64,000 nt of DNA from an uncultured Flavobacteriales bacterium (GCA_903873905.1 CAIQQJ010000057.1:8058-72057), one strand, 5' to 3'; positions 1 to 10,066 are shown, numbered from the stretch's first letter. Program-made: numbers and translations. The notes: generated by a model not told the origin, from the letters alone.

Positions 1-166
1 TCCCTACATTCTTTGTCTCAATGATATGAACAACAGCGCCAATGAGCATTTCCCCAGTTTTGCTGTCTTTTATCGAGCCACTAACAGTATACTTTGTTTG
101 CGAAAATGCCGACTGGCTTGAAAGCAATAGCAATGAAAAAAGAAAAACGTGATGAAATATTTTCAT
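1..166 (-). CDS. Partial (N-terminus only) probable TonB-dependent receptor / carboxypeptidase-regulatory-like domain protein; runs off the window edge
   Basis: Manual translation from ATG at 166: MKIFHHVFLFSLLLLSSQSAFSQTKYTVSGSIKDSKTGEMLIGAVVHIIETKNVG; signal peptide followed by the G-x-I-x-D-x-x-TGE-x-LIGA-x-V pattern of Bacteroidota TBDR N-terminal domains. Confidence 0.75.
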   Translation of the reverse strand, partial: MKIFHHVFLFSLLLLSSQSAFSQTKYTVSGSIKDSKTGEMLIGAVVHIIETKNVG

Positions 167-244
167 AAGAGGAGTTTGAATTAATAAGGTCGTAATTGGG
201 GGGACAAATATTGTAAAAAAGTGAAAAATATTTAGGCGCTGTAA

Positions 245-261
245 ACTGACAATTATCAATT
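245..261. promoter_or_regulatory. FNR/Crp-like palindrome (copy 1)
   Basis: ACTGACAATTATCAATT, close to TTGAT-N4-ATCAA; identical 17-mer at 35898-35914; ~80 bp upstream of the TBDR start. Confidence 0.5.
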
Positions 262-276
262 AAAAAATTGAAATTG

Positions 277-1812
277 TTATTTCTTCAACACAATTCTGAA
301 AGTAGTTCCTTTTCCAGGAGTTGAACTTTTTACAAAAATTTCTCCACCATGATATTGTTCAATTATTCTTTTGCAAAGTGAAAGTCCCAATCCCCAGCCA
401 CGCTGTTTAGTTGTGAAGCCTGGTTCAAAAATTGTTTTCTGTTTCGAGCGTGGAATGCCTTTTCCAGTATCGCTAATGTCAATGTAAACGTAAGGTTGCA
501 AATCTGAAATATCAATTTTGATTTCTCCTTCTCCGTCCATTGCGTCAACCGCGTTGCGACAAAGATTTTCGATCACCCAAGCAAACAGTGGAACATTGAT
601 CGGCGCCATTATTTTTCCAGTGGCATTAAAATGGAACTTAACTGTTTTGGGAGAACGTGAACTGATGTATTGGATGGATTGTGTTAATGCGTCCACTACA
701 TTTTCCAAATTCATTTTCGGTTGCGATCCTATTTTTGAAAAACGTTCGGTAATCATTTCCAATCGTTTCACATCCTGTGCAATTTCTTTTGTCATCTCAT
801 CATCGACACCTTTCAGTTTCAGATATTCGAGCCAAGCCAAGAGTGAGGAAAGCGGAGTTCCCAACTGATGCGCAGTTTCTTTTGCAAGACCAACCCAAAC
901 CAAATTCTGTTCCGAACGGCGTGAAGTGCTGAATAATAAATAGGCGATGATGATGAACATTCCCACAATCATCAACATGATGAATGGGAAATAGCGCAAT
1001 TGTTGCAATTGCGGTGATTCCATGTAATAAATGATATTTCTTTTTCCAGTATGACTGGTAGAAACAATAATTGTGTCGCCTTTTGATTTCAAATTCATCA
1101 AAGCTTCATTCAAATAACTCATAGAATCCTTTTTCAATCTCAAGGAATCCAAATTTCCATAAGCTATAATGTTTGAAGATGTGTCAAGAAAAATAGCTGC
1201 AGCAGATGCTGGATTGGATGCAACTTCCTTAATGAACGAGCGCTCATTGTCTTCGTATGATTTTTTTATTTCACCAAAAACTTCCGAATCATGGTAATAG
1301 ATATATTCCATTTTCGGTTTTCCGCCTGCCGTGTTTTTCCCTGAACTGATATCAATAGGAATAGAATCGTGTTGCCTACGCATTTCCTCCAATTCTCGCT
1401 TTAGATATTCCGGATCTTTTCCTTTTTCTGGATCAAGATTTCTTGAAGCAAGAATTTTCCCCTTGTCATCAGTAATCATTACTGGAACAGTTTCGTTCCC
1501 ACGGATAACAGTAAAAACAAAACCAAGCGCAATGTTATCGTCTTCCACTTGTGACAGCAAACGATTCGCTTCGGCCCACAACTCCACTTTTTTTAATTCT
1601 TCCTTCTTTATTTTCGCGTAAAGTTTGTTGGTCGCCTCCATCATCAAGGCCTTTCTCCGCACCGCTTCGGCCCACAATTCCACATTGCGTTTTTCGCTCA
1701 CAGAAATCTTGTGAACGAGTTTGCTTGAATACCAAAGTGAAACGGCAACAATGCACAGCGCCGCAATCAGCAGCAACCATTTCCATTGTTGTTTTCTAGA
1801 ATAAATATTCAC
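277..1812 (-). CDS. Membrane sensor histidine kinase
   Basis: Two TM segments; H-box ETAHQLGTPLSSL, N-box ENLCRNAVDAM, DTGKG, FEPGFTTK and GWGLGLSL motifs; GTG start. Confidence 0.95.
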   Translation of the reverse strand: MNIYSRKQQWKWLLLIAALCIVAVSLWYSSKLVHKISVSEKRNVELWAEAVRRKALMMEATNKLYAKIKKEELKKVELWAEANRLLSQVEDDNIALGFVFTVIRGNETVPVMITDDKGKILASRNLDPEKGKDPEYLKRELEEMRRQHDSIPIDISSGKNTAGGKPKMEYIYYHDSEVFGEIKKSYEDNERSFIKEVASNPASAAAIFLDTSSNIIAYGNLDSLRLKKDSMSYLNEALMNLKSKGDTIIVSTSHTGKRNIIYYMESPQLQQLRYFPFIMLMIVGMFIIIAYLLFSTSRRSEQNLVWVGLAKETAHQLGTPLSSLLAWLEYLKLKGVDDEMTKEIAQDVKRLEMITERFSKIGSQPKMNLENVVDALTQSIQYISSRSPKTVKFHFNATGKIMAPINVPLFAWVIENLCRNAVDAMDGEGEIKIDISDLQPYVYIDISDTGKGIPRSKQKTIFEPGFTTKQRGWGLGLSLCKRIIEQYHGGEIFVKSSTPGKGTTFRIVLKK

Positions 1813-1829
1813 AGGAGAGCGATGAGTCG

Positions 1830-1837
1830 CAAAGATA
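1830..1837 (-). promoter_or_regulatory. Bacteroidota sigma70 -7 element for the histidine kinase gene
   Basis: TATCTTTG on the minus strand (TAnnTTTG consensus), 17 bp upstream of the GTG start. Confidence 0.6.
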
Positions 1838-1892
1838 CGTTGTAGAGGGAGATTTATTGTGTTCAGGAATGGCTAATTAATAATTAAGATAT

Positions 1893-1950
1893 GGGCGTGC
1901 CCCAACAGAACTGTTGGTAGAGGACTTGTAACGACTATCCCTCACACAAA
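1893..1950. repeat. Short, internally deleted copy of a GGGCGTG...ACTATCCCTCAC REP/MITE-like element
   Basis: Shares the start GGGCGTGC, the CCCAACAGAA-x-TGTTGG hairpin and the end ACTATCCCTCAC(A/G)CAAAA with the element at 20371-20489. Confidence 0.7.
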
Positions 1951-1958
1951 AAAAGCAA

Positions 1959-2043
1959 GTTTGTTCGAGCGAAGTCGAGAACCAGCTTCATAAGGAAAAC
2001 TCCAGTTTTTTGCTTAGGCGTTCTCGACTCCGCTCGAACAAAC
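1959..2043. repeat. REP-like inverted repeat pair
   Basis: 24-bp arms GTTTGTTCGAGCGAAGTCGAGAAC (1959-1982) and GTTCTCGACTCCGCTCGAACAAAC (2020-2043), one mismatch. Confidence 0.8.
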
Positions 2044-2074
2044 GAAAGAGATAAATCATTAATCCGAAAATTTA

Positions 2075-2656
2075 TTAATGCGCTACCGGCCAAATATTCG
2101 TGTGTGTGCGAAACAATTTTACTGCAATCGCCAACAATACTATTCCGAAAACTTTTCTGAGAATAGCAACACCTCCAACTCCCAGGATTTTTTCCAAACG
2201 TGAAATGTTTTTCAGCACAACATAAACCACTATGACATTGATGAAAATACCAATGAGAATGCTCAACGTGCTGTATTCCGCCCGAAGTGAAAGTAAAGTT
2301 GTTAATGTTCCTGTTCCTGCAATTAATGGAAAGGCGAGTGGCATCACGGATGCGGTGGAAGGAACTTCATCTTTATACAAACGAATTCCAAGAATCATTT
2401 CTAGAGAAAGGAAAAACAAAACAAACGATCCTGCAATAGCAAAATCAGAAACATCGATTCCGATTAAATGCAACATGGGTTCTCCCACAAATAGAAAACC
2501 AACCATGATACAAAGCGAAACGAAAGAAGCACGCGGCGCATTTAAATCGCCCACCTTTTGACGCAATCCGATAATCACCGGAATGGAGCCCACTACATCG
2601 ATAACAGCAAACAAAACCATTGTAACCGTTGCGATTTCCTTAAAATTTATGACCAT
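2075..2656 (-). CDS. marC: MarC family integral membrane protein
   Basis: Six hydrophobic segments; LFAVIDVVGSIP, FAIAGSFVLF, PLAFPLIAGTGT and RKVFGIVLLAIAV match MarC patterns. Confidence 0.9.
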   Translation of the reverse strand: MVINFKEIATVTMVLFAVIDVVGSIPVIIGLRQKVGDLNAPRASFVSLCIMVGFLFVGEPMLHLIGIDVSDFAIAGSFVLFFLSLEMILGIRLYKDEVPSTASVMPLAFPLIAGTGTLTTLLSLRAEYSTLSILIGIFINVIVVYVVLKNISRLEKILGVGGVAILRKVFGIVLLAIAVKLFRTHTNIWPVAH

Positions 2657-2660
2657 CTGG

Positions 2661-2748
2661 ATAATTTTGAATTTTGAGTTCTGAATTTTGAATTAGCCTA
2701 AATTCCATACTATTAATTTAGCATTCAAAATTTAGCATTCAAAATTAT
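2661..2748. repeat. Inverted pair of 7-mer tandem arrays (TTTTGAA-like / TTCAAAA-like) in the marC leader
   Basis: Arms 2661-2694 and 2715-2748 are imperfect reverse complements with 7-bp periodicity; they lie between TACCTTTG (2756-2763, minus) and the marC start. Confidence 0.75.
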
Positions 2749-2842
2749 TTTCCCGCAAAGGTAGAAGGTTTCAGAGCATTCAAAGCCTGTTTTTGAATCG
2801 AGGAAATAAACTAACTTTAGTGCGCACAACCTCCAGTATTTT

Positions 2843-4159
2843 ATGTCAATCGGGCAGGACATTTTTTGGAATATTTTTCGCCGTAAAACGCGCCTTTTTT
2901 TTGTGCTCGTATTGTTTTTTTTCGGAAGCATTGCGAAAGCACAGGGCGACCTGCGTTTTTTTGGAACGGCTACAAAAGGTGGCAGTCCACTTCCCGGTGC
3001 AACAGTTTCTGTTCTTATGGATGGGAAACAGATTTTTAATTTAACCACGGGCAAAAACGGGAAATTCAAATTCACTATTGATATTGGCCATTCCTATCGC
3101 ATCAATTATTCAGCGCCTGGGTGTGTGGATATGTACATGACTATGGATTTGCATACACCACCCGATAAAGCATGGGTTTATCCCGATTACTCTGCAGAAA
3201 TCCCGTTTTTCATTGCTGGCGATCCGAAAATGAAAACGGAATTATTCGCTAAAAAACCGTTTATTAAAATTGTTTTCGATGGCAATAAAGGGTTCTATGA
3301 TGATCCTTCTTATCGTTTCGCCGAAGAGGTTTTCAAAAATCCTGCTGACGAACAACGTAAGAAAGATGAACTCGCTAAAAAAGATGCGGAAGAAAAAGCT
3401 CGTTTAGCAGCGCAGGAAAAATTGCGCAAGGATGAAGAGGATCGTCAGCGCTTAGCGCAGCAAGAAGAGGACAGACGTAAAAAAGAAGAAGAAGACAAAA
3501 AAAACAAAACAAAAGTCACCCATCCAATTGATAAGGAAACGCCTGAACCGACCGTGGATCCGTCGATGGAAACAGATGCTATAAAACTAGAGCGGGAAAA
3601 ACAGGAAAAACTGGAACACGAAAAAACAAATAAGAACATACGTGCCAATTACGAAAACAATTTGCTCAAGCTTGTTGCCGAAAGTGAACGTCAGAATAAT
3701 TTACAGAAGTTTAATAAGATGAAAGTGGATGCACAATCCAGTTCTGTTGTTCAAACATTGCGGAGAGAAGCGCAAGTAAAAGGTGAAAATGATTTTCTCC
3801 TTGAGAAGTTGAAGGAGAAGCAGAAACAAACGCTTGCCAATAAGCAAGTGAATGAGGAACACCTCAAACAATTAATTGAAACCGCTTCAAAAATTGAACG
3901 TGACGATCGAGCGTCAAGGATGAAACCAGTTGCCGCTTCCCAAAATTTGAATTATGTAGCATCACCCAATGTTGTTGTGACTACAGAGGACGATTTTATT
4001 TTTGAAACAAAATCTACAGTCATTTCATGGGCGAATGGAACAAGAACGATTTTCAGCGTTGATGAATATTTATGGGGAAGTAGATACTATTACCACGACG
4101 GTGTGGAAATTGATGAAAAAACTTATGATGCTGAACTTTTCAAGCACAAACGCAATTAG
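2843..4159 (+). CDS. Exported hypothetical protein: carboxypeptidase-regulatory-like beta domain, long charged coiled coil, small C-terminal domain
   Basis: Hydrophobic signal; PLPGATVSV...TTGKNGKFKF pattern; E/K/R-rich helix; C-terminal YLWGSRYYYHDG. Confidence 0.7.
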   Translation: MSIGQDIFWNIFRRKTRLFFVLVLFFFGSIAKAQGDLRFFGTATKGGSPLPGATVSVLMDGKQIFNLTTGKNGKFKFTIDIGHSYRINYSAPGCVDMYMTMDLHTPPDKAWVYPDYSAEIPFFIAGDPKMKTELFAKKPFIKIVFDGNKGFYDDPSYRFAEEVFKNPADEQRKKDELAKKDAEEKARLAAQEKLRKDEEDRQRLAQQEEDRRKKEEEDKKNKTKVTHPIDKETPEPTVDPSMETDAIKLEREKQEKLEHEKTNKNIRANYENNLLKLVAESERQNNLQKFNKMKVDAQSSSVVQTLRREAQVKGENDFLLEKLKEKQKQTLANKQVNEEHLKQLIETASKIERDDRASRMKPVAASQNLNYVASPNVVVTTEDDFIFETKSTVISWANGTRTIFSVDEYLWGSRYYYHDGVEIDEKTYDAELFKHKRN

Positions 4160-7100
4160 AAAAAAAGCGATTTTGCTCTTTTCGATTTTGCTCTTCACAT
4201 TTACATTTCACGTAAGTGCGCAGACTTCCAGCTTTATCACTTACGGTGTGGAGCAAGGCTTGGCGCAATCACAAATCCAATCTCTCGTTCAGGATAACGA
4301 TGGAAATTTGTGGATTGGAACGCTGGCTGGACTTACGCGATACAATGGAATGGCGTTTGAAAACTTTTCCAAAAAGAATGGACTTGCTGAAGATTGGATT
4401 ACGGTTTCATACAAGGATTCCAAAGGTGATATTTGGTTTGGTCATTGGGCTGGCGGTGTGAGTCGGTACAATTCCAAAACAAAAAAATTCGAAAGTCTAA
4501 ATTTGGAAGAATACACACGCTTCAGAACCGTAACTGCAATAACGGAAGATCAGCAAGGTTTTTTCTGGATAGCAACTGAAGGATCGGGGATTTTTATTTA
4601 TGATCCGGCAAAAAATAAAATGTTTGCGCTCAATGTAAAAGACGGCATTGCAAGTTCAAATATTTACGCATTACAACTGGACAAAAATGGAAACATGTGG
4701 ATCGGAACCGATCACGGCATTACCATTTGCGATACAAAAGGTGATATCAGCTCCCCCGCTTCATTTGTTGATTTGAGCGCAGCGCGTGGTTTTCCAAGTG
4801 ACGCCATCACTTCATTCGCACTTGCGAATAAGGGAACTGAAATGTGGGTGGGCACTGGTGATAAAGGTGTAATTGCACTTGAACTTCCTACTGGTTTTGT
4901 AAATAGAAACGCACCTACACTTCTTCCAACATTACACACTTTCCGAAACGATCAAGGCCTCGGCTCGGATTTTATTGAAACAATTTGTGAGGACAGTCAC
5001 GGAAATATTTGGGTGGGAACAATTGGTGGAGGTGCAACAAAAATTACGCCTTCGAAATCTGGAAATCGTTTGGATGCACTCGATAAGGCGGTGCTCAAAA
5101 ATTTCAATACTACACAAGGATTAAATTATTTTAATGTTCACACCATCATTGAGGATCGTGAAGGAAATATGTGGATTGGAACGGATGTTGGTTTGAATCA
5201 ATATCGCGGAGAACGTTTTCAATTGATTGACAAACAAGATGGACTTATCAATGATATTGTTTGGGCTACTTGTGTTGACCATGAAGGGTCAGTTTGGTTG
5301 GGAACAAACGGTGGACTTTCTCGCTTGACCTATTACACTGTTCCAGGCACAGGAGAAAAAAGATTTACAGTAAAAAATTACACCATTGAGGATGGATTGG
5401 GAAGTAATGTAATTCTTTCCATTTATGAAGATGAAACAAATACATTATGGGTGGGAACAGGATTTGGTGGCGTCAGCCGATTACTTCCTGGAGAATCACA
5501 TTTTGAAACGTTCAGTACAAAAGACGGCCTTGCTGATGATGTTGTTTACGCAATTAATTCCGATACAAAAGGAAATGTTTGGATTGGAACGAAAGAAGGC
5601 GTTTCAAGATTTGATGCAGCAACAAAAACATTTCGTAATTACACTACAGAAGATGGCCTTGGTGGAAATAACGTTTACAAAATATTTCGAGATAGTCGTG
5701 GAAATTTATGGTTTGGTGCTTTGGGAGGTTATCTTTCTGTTTACGATGGGAAAGGGTTTACAAAATATGACGAATCAAGTGGAATAGTTCATCGTTTTAT
5801 TCTTTGCATTAATGAAGATAAAGACCACAACATTTGGTTTGGCGCATACGGTGGTGGTTTGTATAAATTCGATGGAAGAACTTTTCACAATTACACTTCT
5901 AAAAATGGAATGACTACCGATTCTCCCTACGCGATTATTGCAGATCTCGATGGAAACATTTGGGTTGGAAACGGAAGAGGTCTTGATAGGTTCACGCCAA
6001 AAGACAGTTCATTTTCTCATTACGGACGAAGCGAAGGGTTTTTGGGTGTGGAAGTAAATCCAAATGCAGTTTCAATTTCGAAAGATGGAAGTTTGTGGTT
6101 CGGAACAATTATGGGTGCAGTGAAATTTGATCCGAATGAAAATAATTTGAATACCGTAGAACCATTAACTTCTATCAATGCTTTGAAAATATTTATGCGT
6201 GATGCGGATTTTCCGGAAGAAGGGAAATTCAGTTACGATCAGAATCATCTCACTTTTGGTTTTGTTGGAATCAGTTTGTCAAATCCTGAAAAAGTAAAAT
6301 ATCAATATAAACTTGAGGGATTTGATAATGATTGGTCACCTGTGCCAACCATTCATAACGAAGCCGTGTATTCGAATCTTCCTCCTGGTGATTATACATT
6401 CTTGGTTAAAGCCTCTAACAATGATGGGAAATGGAATAAGGATCCTGTTCAGTATAAATTTTACATCCGCCCTCCTTTCTGGCAAACGGCAACGTTTTAT
6501 GCACTCATGGTTTTCTTTGTTCTGTTTAGCATTTTTGGTTTTGATAAAATGCGAACACGTAAATTGAAGAAACAGAAAAAAATATTGGAAGAAAAAGTGG
6601 AGCAACGCACCCTAGAACTCGCACTCAAGAATGAAGAATTAGGTCAGAAAAACAGAGAGATCACAGATAGTATCCGATATGCAAAACGTTTGCAGGATAC
6701 CATGATGTTGCCAAGTCGTGATTTGAGAAAAACATTCCCAGAATCATTCCTGTTTTACAAACCGAAAGATATTGTTTCCGGAGATTTTTATTTTTCACGC
6801 ACCTATAACATTGGCGGAAAGCGAAGAGTGTTGGTGGCTGCAATTGATTGCACAGGTCATGGAGTTCCTGGTGCATTCATGAGCATCATGACCAATGATA
6901 TGATTCTTCATTTGTTGGATGGACATGAAATGGAATCGCCCGCACAATTGCTTGATCGTTTGAATGAAGCAATGAGTGGTAAAATGCGTCACACAATTGA
7001 TGAAGTAAAAGTTCGCGATGGTGTTGACATTGGCCTTGCTGTAATTGATCCTGATACGTTGGAAATGCAATATGCAGGAGCGTTCAATCCGATGTATATG

Positions 7101-7424
7101 TTCCGTGGAATTCAATTTACAGAATACAAAGCGGATAAAATTTCCATTGGAGGTTTTGGTGAAGACAAAGGGAAAAAGTTCACCAATCAACGCATTCAGC
7201 TTCAAGCGGGCGATACAGTTTATCTTTTCTCTGATGGTTATGCCGATCAGTTTGGTGGACCACAAGGAAAAAAATTCAAACTTTCACAAATGAAAGCTTT
7301 ACTTCTGAATTTACAGGAAAAGGAAATGTATGATCAACATCGTTTGCTTGAACAAACGATTGAAACATGGAAAGGTACACATGAGCAAGTGGACGACATG
7401 TTGGTGATTGGCTTCAGAGTGTGA
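4125..7424 (+). CDS. Beta-propeller (Reg_prop) + Y_Y_Y sensor, TM, PP2C/SpoIIE phosphatase
   Basis: Many D-x-x-GN-x-WIGT-x-x-GL repeats; YQYKLEGFD...YSNLPPGDYTFLVKASNNDG; DSIRYAKRLQ; KPKDIVSGDFY, DCTGHGVPGA, SDGYADQFGG, QVDD. Start moved from 4002 to an ATG near 4125 just before the signal peptide (uncertain). Confidence 0.93.
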   Translation: MMLNFSSTNAIRKKAILLFSILLFTFTFHVSAQTSSFITYGVEQGLAQSQIQSLVQDNDGNLWIGTLAGLTRYNGMAFENFSKKNGLAEDWITVSYKDSKGDIWFGHWAGGVSRYNSKTKKFESLNLEEYTRFRTVTAITEDQQGFFWIATEGSGIFIYDPAKNKMFALNVKDGIASSNIYALQLDKNGNMWIGTDHGITICDTKGDISSPASFVDLSAARGFPSDAITSFALANKGTEMWVGTGDKGVIALELPTGFVNRNAPTLLPTLHTFRNDQGLGSDFIETICEDSHGNIWVGTIGGGATKITPSKSGNRLDALDKAVLKNFNTTQGLNYFNVHTIIEDREGNMWIGTDVGLNQYRGERFQLIDKQDGLINDIVWATCVDHEGSVWLGTNGGLSRLTYYTVPGTGEKRFTVKNYTIEDGLGSNVILSIYEDETNTLWVGTGFGGVSRLLPGESHFETFSTKDGLADDVVYAINSDTKGNVWIGTKEGVSRFDAATKTFRNYTTEDGLGGNNVYKIFRDSRGNLWFGALGGYLSVYDGKGFTKYDESSGIVHRFILCINEDKDHNIWFGAYGGGLYKFDGRTFHNYTSKNGMTTDSPYAIIADLDGNIWVGNGRGLDRFTPKDSSFSHYGRSEGFLGVEVNPNAVSISKDGSLWFGTIMGAVKFDPNENNLNTVEPLTSINALKIFMRDADFPEEGKFSYDQNHLTFGFVGISLSNPEKVKYQYKLEGFDNDWSPVPTIHNEAVYSNLPPGDYTFLVKASNNDGKWNKDPVQYKFYIRPPFWQTATFYALMVFFVLFSIFGFDKMRTRKLKKQKKILEEKVEQRTLELALKNEELGQKNREITDSIRYAKRLQDTMMLPSRDLRKTFPESFLFYKPKDIVSGDFYFSRTYNIGGKRRVLVAAIDCTGHGVPGAFMSIMTNDMILHLLDGHEMESPAQLLDRLNEAMSGKMRHTIDEVKVRDGVDIGLAVIDPDTLEMQYAGAFNPMYMFRGIQFTEYKADKISIGGFGEDKGKKFTNQRIQLQAGDTVYLFSDGYADQFGGPQGKKFKLSQMKALLLNLQEKEMYDQHRLLEQTIETWKGTHEQVDDMLVIGFRV

Positions 7425-7484
7425 AATGGTTTTTTTGTTGAAAAAAATTAATTGTAAATAAATAAACAAATAAATTAAAAAATT

Positions 7485-7847
7485 ATGTCAAAAGTATTTC
7501 AAGACCGATTTGATCCTGAAAAATTCAAGGGAAATCCACGTGTGCTCATTGGGCATGTTGATTCTGAAATCATCAGAGCGACAATTAAGGAGGCACCAGA
7601 AGAAATTGTTGAGCGACTTTATTTTATCGGTTCCGCTTACAAACTTCATTTTTGTTCCATCATTGATATTTTCGGTGATATCAAATTGAATGAAACGCAA
7701 TGCACGAATTTCATATTGGAATTAGATTTTGTGGATTCGTTCGTGAATGATCCATTGTTGAAATTGGTTATTGAGGACATGAGAACAATGGCGAAAGAAT
7801 GTGTTGCTCTGAAAGGGAAGGTGAAATTTATCATTAGTGGAAATTAG
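7485..7847 (+). CDS. Hypothetical protein
   Basis: 120-aa ORF with A-rich upstream region, co-oriented with neighbours; no motif recognised. Confidence 0.7.
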   Translation: MSKVFQDRFDPEKFKGNPRVLIGHVDSEIIRATIKEAPEEIVERLYFIGSAYKLHFCSIIDIFGDIKLNETQCTNFILELDFVDSFVNDPLLKLVIEDMRTMAKECVALKGKVKFIISGN

Positions 7848-7906
7848 TATTTCTCGGTTTTCAAAAGGCATTGAAAATTATTTTGCTTTTCCAAAAAATC
7901 GATAAA

Positions 7907-8554
7907 ATGAAACATAAAATAATTTATTTTTTATTTTTCGGCGCAAGCATTGCACTTTTTACTTCCTGCAGAAAACCTGGGCATTCCATAAGAATGTATG
8001 GAATTGTTTATGATGAGCATACAGGTGTCCGCATTCCGAATGCAAATGTTTATTTTGACATTTACTTTAGCGATCACTTCAGCGGTAGTAGCATGAACAG
8101 AACTGGAGGAATTGGAACAACTGATGCGAATGGCACATATGAAATATTTTTCGAGGACGCAGACCGAAAAAAAGAGGTGGACAAAAGATATGACGGAAGT
8201 GTTGTTTCAACAGTTGGAGCAAATACTTTTTCCATCGGCCCTGATTACGCCGATCAATTTTATAAAGACTTTCCCATCAATGGACACGGGAAAATTAATA
8301 TTGTCCTCACGAATACAAATCCTTTTGATGCACAGGATTTGATAACCAATTTCTATTGCACAAGTCCAGGTGATTTACAAAATGGGAATATGCAATATTC
8401 AGGAATGAATGTAAACGATACGCTTCAAATACATTTATTAACTGGGGAACGTATTTTTCATTCTTCCGTTACAAAAAACAATGTTACAGTTTTACGGTCA
8501 GACACTGTTTACGTGGAAACCTTGACAGACACTTATTATCAACTAAATTATTGA
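7907..8554 (+). CDS. Hypothetical lipoprotein
   Basis: MKHKIIYFLFFGASIALFTSC lipobox; G-x-V-x-D-x-x-TG-x-x-IPNA-x-V beta domain. Confidence 0.75.
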   Translation: MKHKIIYFLFFGASIALFTSCRKPGHSIRMYGIVYDEHTGVRIPNANVYFDIYFSDHFSGSSMNRTGGIGTTDANGTYEIFFEDADRKKEVDKRYDGSVVSTVGANTFSIGPDYADQFYKDFPINGHGKINIVLTNTNPFDAQDLITNFYCTSPGDLQNGNMQYSGMNVNDTLQIHLLTGERIFHSSVTKNNVTVLRSDTVYVETLTDTYYQLNY

Positions 8555-8565
8555 TTTAAAATTGC

Positions 8566-8793
8566 ATGGCTGAAACTCAAAAGAACAATCCACTTCACGG
8601 CGTTCGTCTCGATACGATGTTAAACCATCTTGTTGAACATTATGGCTGGAATAAATTAGGCCTTGTGATCAATATCAAATGTTTTAATGAAAATCCAAGC
8701 GTTAATTCAAGTTTGAAGTTCTTGCGCGCAACGCCATGGGCTAGAAAGAAAGTTGAAAATTTATATTTAGAAGTGGTATCCAATAAAAAATAA
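8566..8793 (+). CDS. VF530 (DUF2132) family small protein
   Basis: NNPLHGV-x-L...LVEHYGW...CF-x-x-NPS-x-x-SSLKFLR-x-TPWARKKVE signature. Confidence 0.92.
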   Translation: MAETQKNNPLHGVRLDTMLNHLVEHYGWNKLGLVINIKCFNENPSVNSSLKFLRATPWARKKVENLYLEVVSNKK

Positions 8794-8798
8794 AAATC

Positions 8799-9299
8799 AT
8801 GCATGTAAACTTTATTGTACTCTTAGTTGCAGCCTTTGTTCCGTTACTAATCGGATTTATCTGGTACAACAAAAATATTTTCGGAACAAGTTGGATAAAG
8901 GCTGCAGGAATAGATGAGGAGAAATCAAAAGGAGCGAATATGATTTTGATTTTTGGTCTTACCTATTTGTTCAGTTTCTTTTCCGCTTTCGCCATTCAGT
9001 TCATGGTGGTTCATCAGTATGCTGTTTATTCTGTATTGGCAAATGAGCCGGGAATAAAAGATTCTAATTCTGGAATTGCTATTTATCTAAAAGACTTCAT
9101 GGAAAAATACGGCCATAATTTCCGAACATTTAAGCATGGTGTTTTACATGGAACAATGGGAGGATTGACCTTAGCACTTCCTATAATTGGAATCAATGCA
9201 CTTTTCGAGAGGAGAGGGTTTAAATACATTGCCATAAATGTTGGATATTGGGTTGTAAGCATGGCCATCATGGGTGGAATAATTTGTCAGTTTGCCTAA
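8799..9299 (+). CDS. DUF1761 family membrane protein
   Basis: NF-x-x-x-x-VAA...IGFIWY...FG-x-x-W; FRTFKHG-x-x-HG; LFER-x-x-FKYI-x-IN-x-GYW. Confidence 0.85.
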   Translation: MHVNFIVLLVAAFVPLLIGFIWYNKNIFGTSWIKAAGIDEEKSKGANMILIFGLTYLFSFFSAFAIQFMVVHQYAVYSVLANEPGIKDSNSGIAIYLKDFMEKYGHNFRTFKHGVLHGTMGGLTLALPIIGINALFERRGFKYIAINVGYWVVSMAIMGGIICQFA

Positions 9300-9339
9300 T
9301 GGAATTCGTAGATTCGCATTGATTCGTAATTCATACAGT

Positions 9340-10059
9340 TTGGAAAATCTCACTCGCCTAAATAAATTCATCCGTGAAACAGGTTTCTGTTCACGTAGGG
9401 AGGCCGATCAGTTTATTGAAGACGGCAGAGTGACTGTCAATGGCAATGTTCCCGAACTTGGGACAAAAGTTTCTGCTGCAGATGATATTCGCATTGATGG
9501 AAAACCAATCAGTAAAAAAGAGGAGTTACATTATCTCGCATTCAATAAACCTGCAGGGATTATTTGTACAACCGAATTAGATATCAAACAAAATATAATC
9601 GACTACATAAAATATCCAACAAGAATATTCCCTATTGGGAGATTGGATAGAGCTTCTGAAGGATTGATTTTTCTAACGAATGACGGCGACATTGTAAATA
9701 AAATTCTCCGTGCTGGAAACAATCATGAAAAGGAATATCTCGTTACCGTTGATAAGCCTATCACTGATACATTCATAAGAAGAATGGGTAATGGTCTTCC
9801 AATTTTGGAAACTACAACGAAAAAATGTTTTGTTGAACAAACAGGAAAATTTCAATTTAGAATTATTCTCACACAGGGCTTGAATCGTCAGATTCGCAGA
9901 ATGTGTAATTATCTTGAATATGAAGTAAAGGCATTGCGTCGTTTTCGGATTATGAACATAACGTTGGAAGGATTGAAAGCGGGTGACTGGCGCGAATTCA
10001 CCAAAGAGGAAATGGAAACGATCAATAAATTAATTGCAAATTCCAGTAAGACCGCTTGA
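9340..10059 (+). CDS. rluF: 23S rRNA pseudouridine synthase (RluF type)
   Basis: S4 domain RLNKFI...CSRREAD, catalytic FPIGRLDRASEG, NNHEKEY, LTQGLNRQIRRM; probable TTG start. Confidence 0.9.
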   Translation: MENLTRLNKFIRETGFCSRREADQFIEDGRVTVNGNVPELGTKVSAADDIRIDGKPISKKEELHYLAFNKPAGIICTTELDIKQNIIDYIKYPTRIFPIGRLDRASEGLIFLTNDGDIVNKILRAGNNHEKEYLVTVDKPITDTFIRRMGNGLPILETTTKKCFVEQTGKFQFRIILTQGLNRQIRRMCNYLEYEVKALRRFRIMNITLEGLKAGDWREFTKEEMETINKLIANSSKTA

Positions 10060-10066
10060 GGTTTTA

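Noticed and set aside
4002..4124. Extended N-terminus of the propeller-PP2C protein
   Set aside because: A TTG start 158 bp inside the upstream gene would bury the signal peptide; a later ATG is more plausible.
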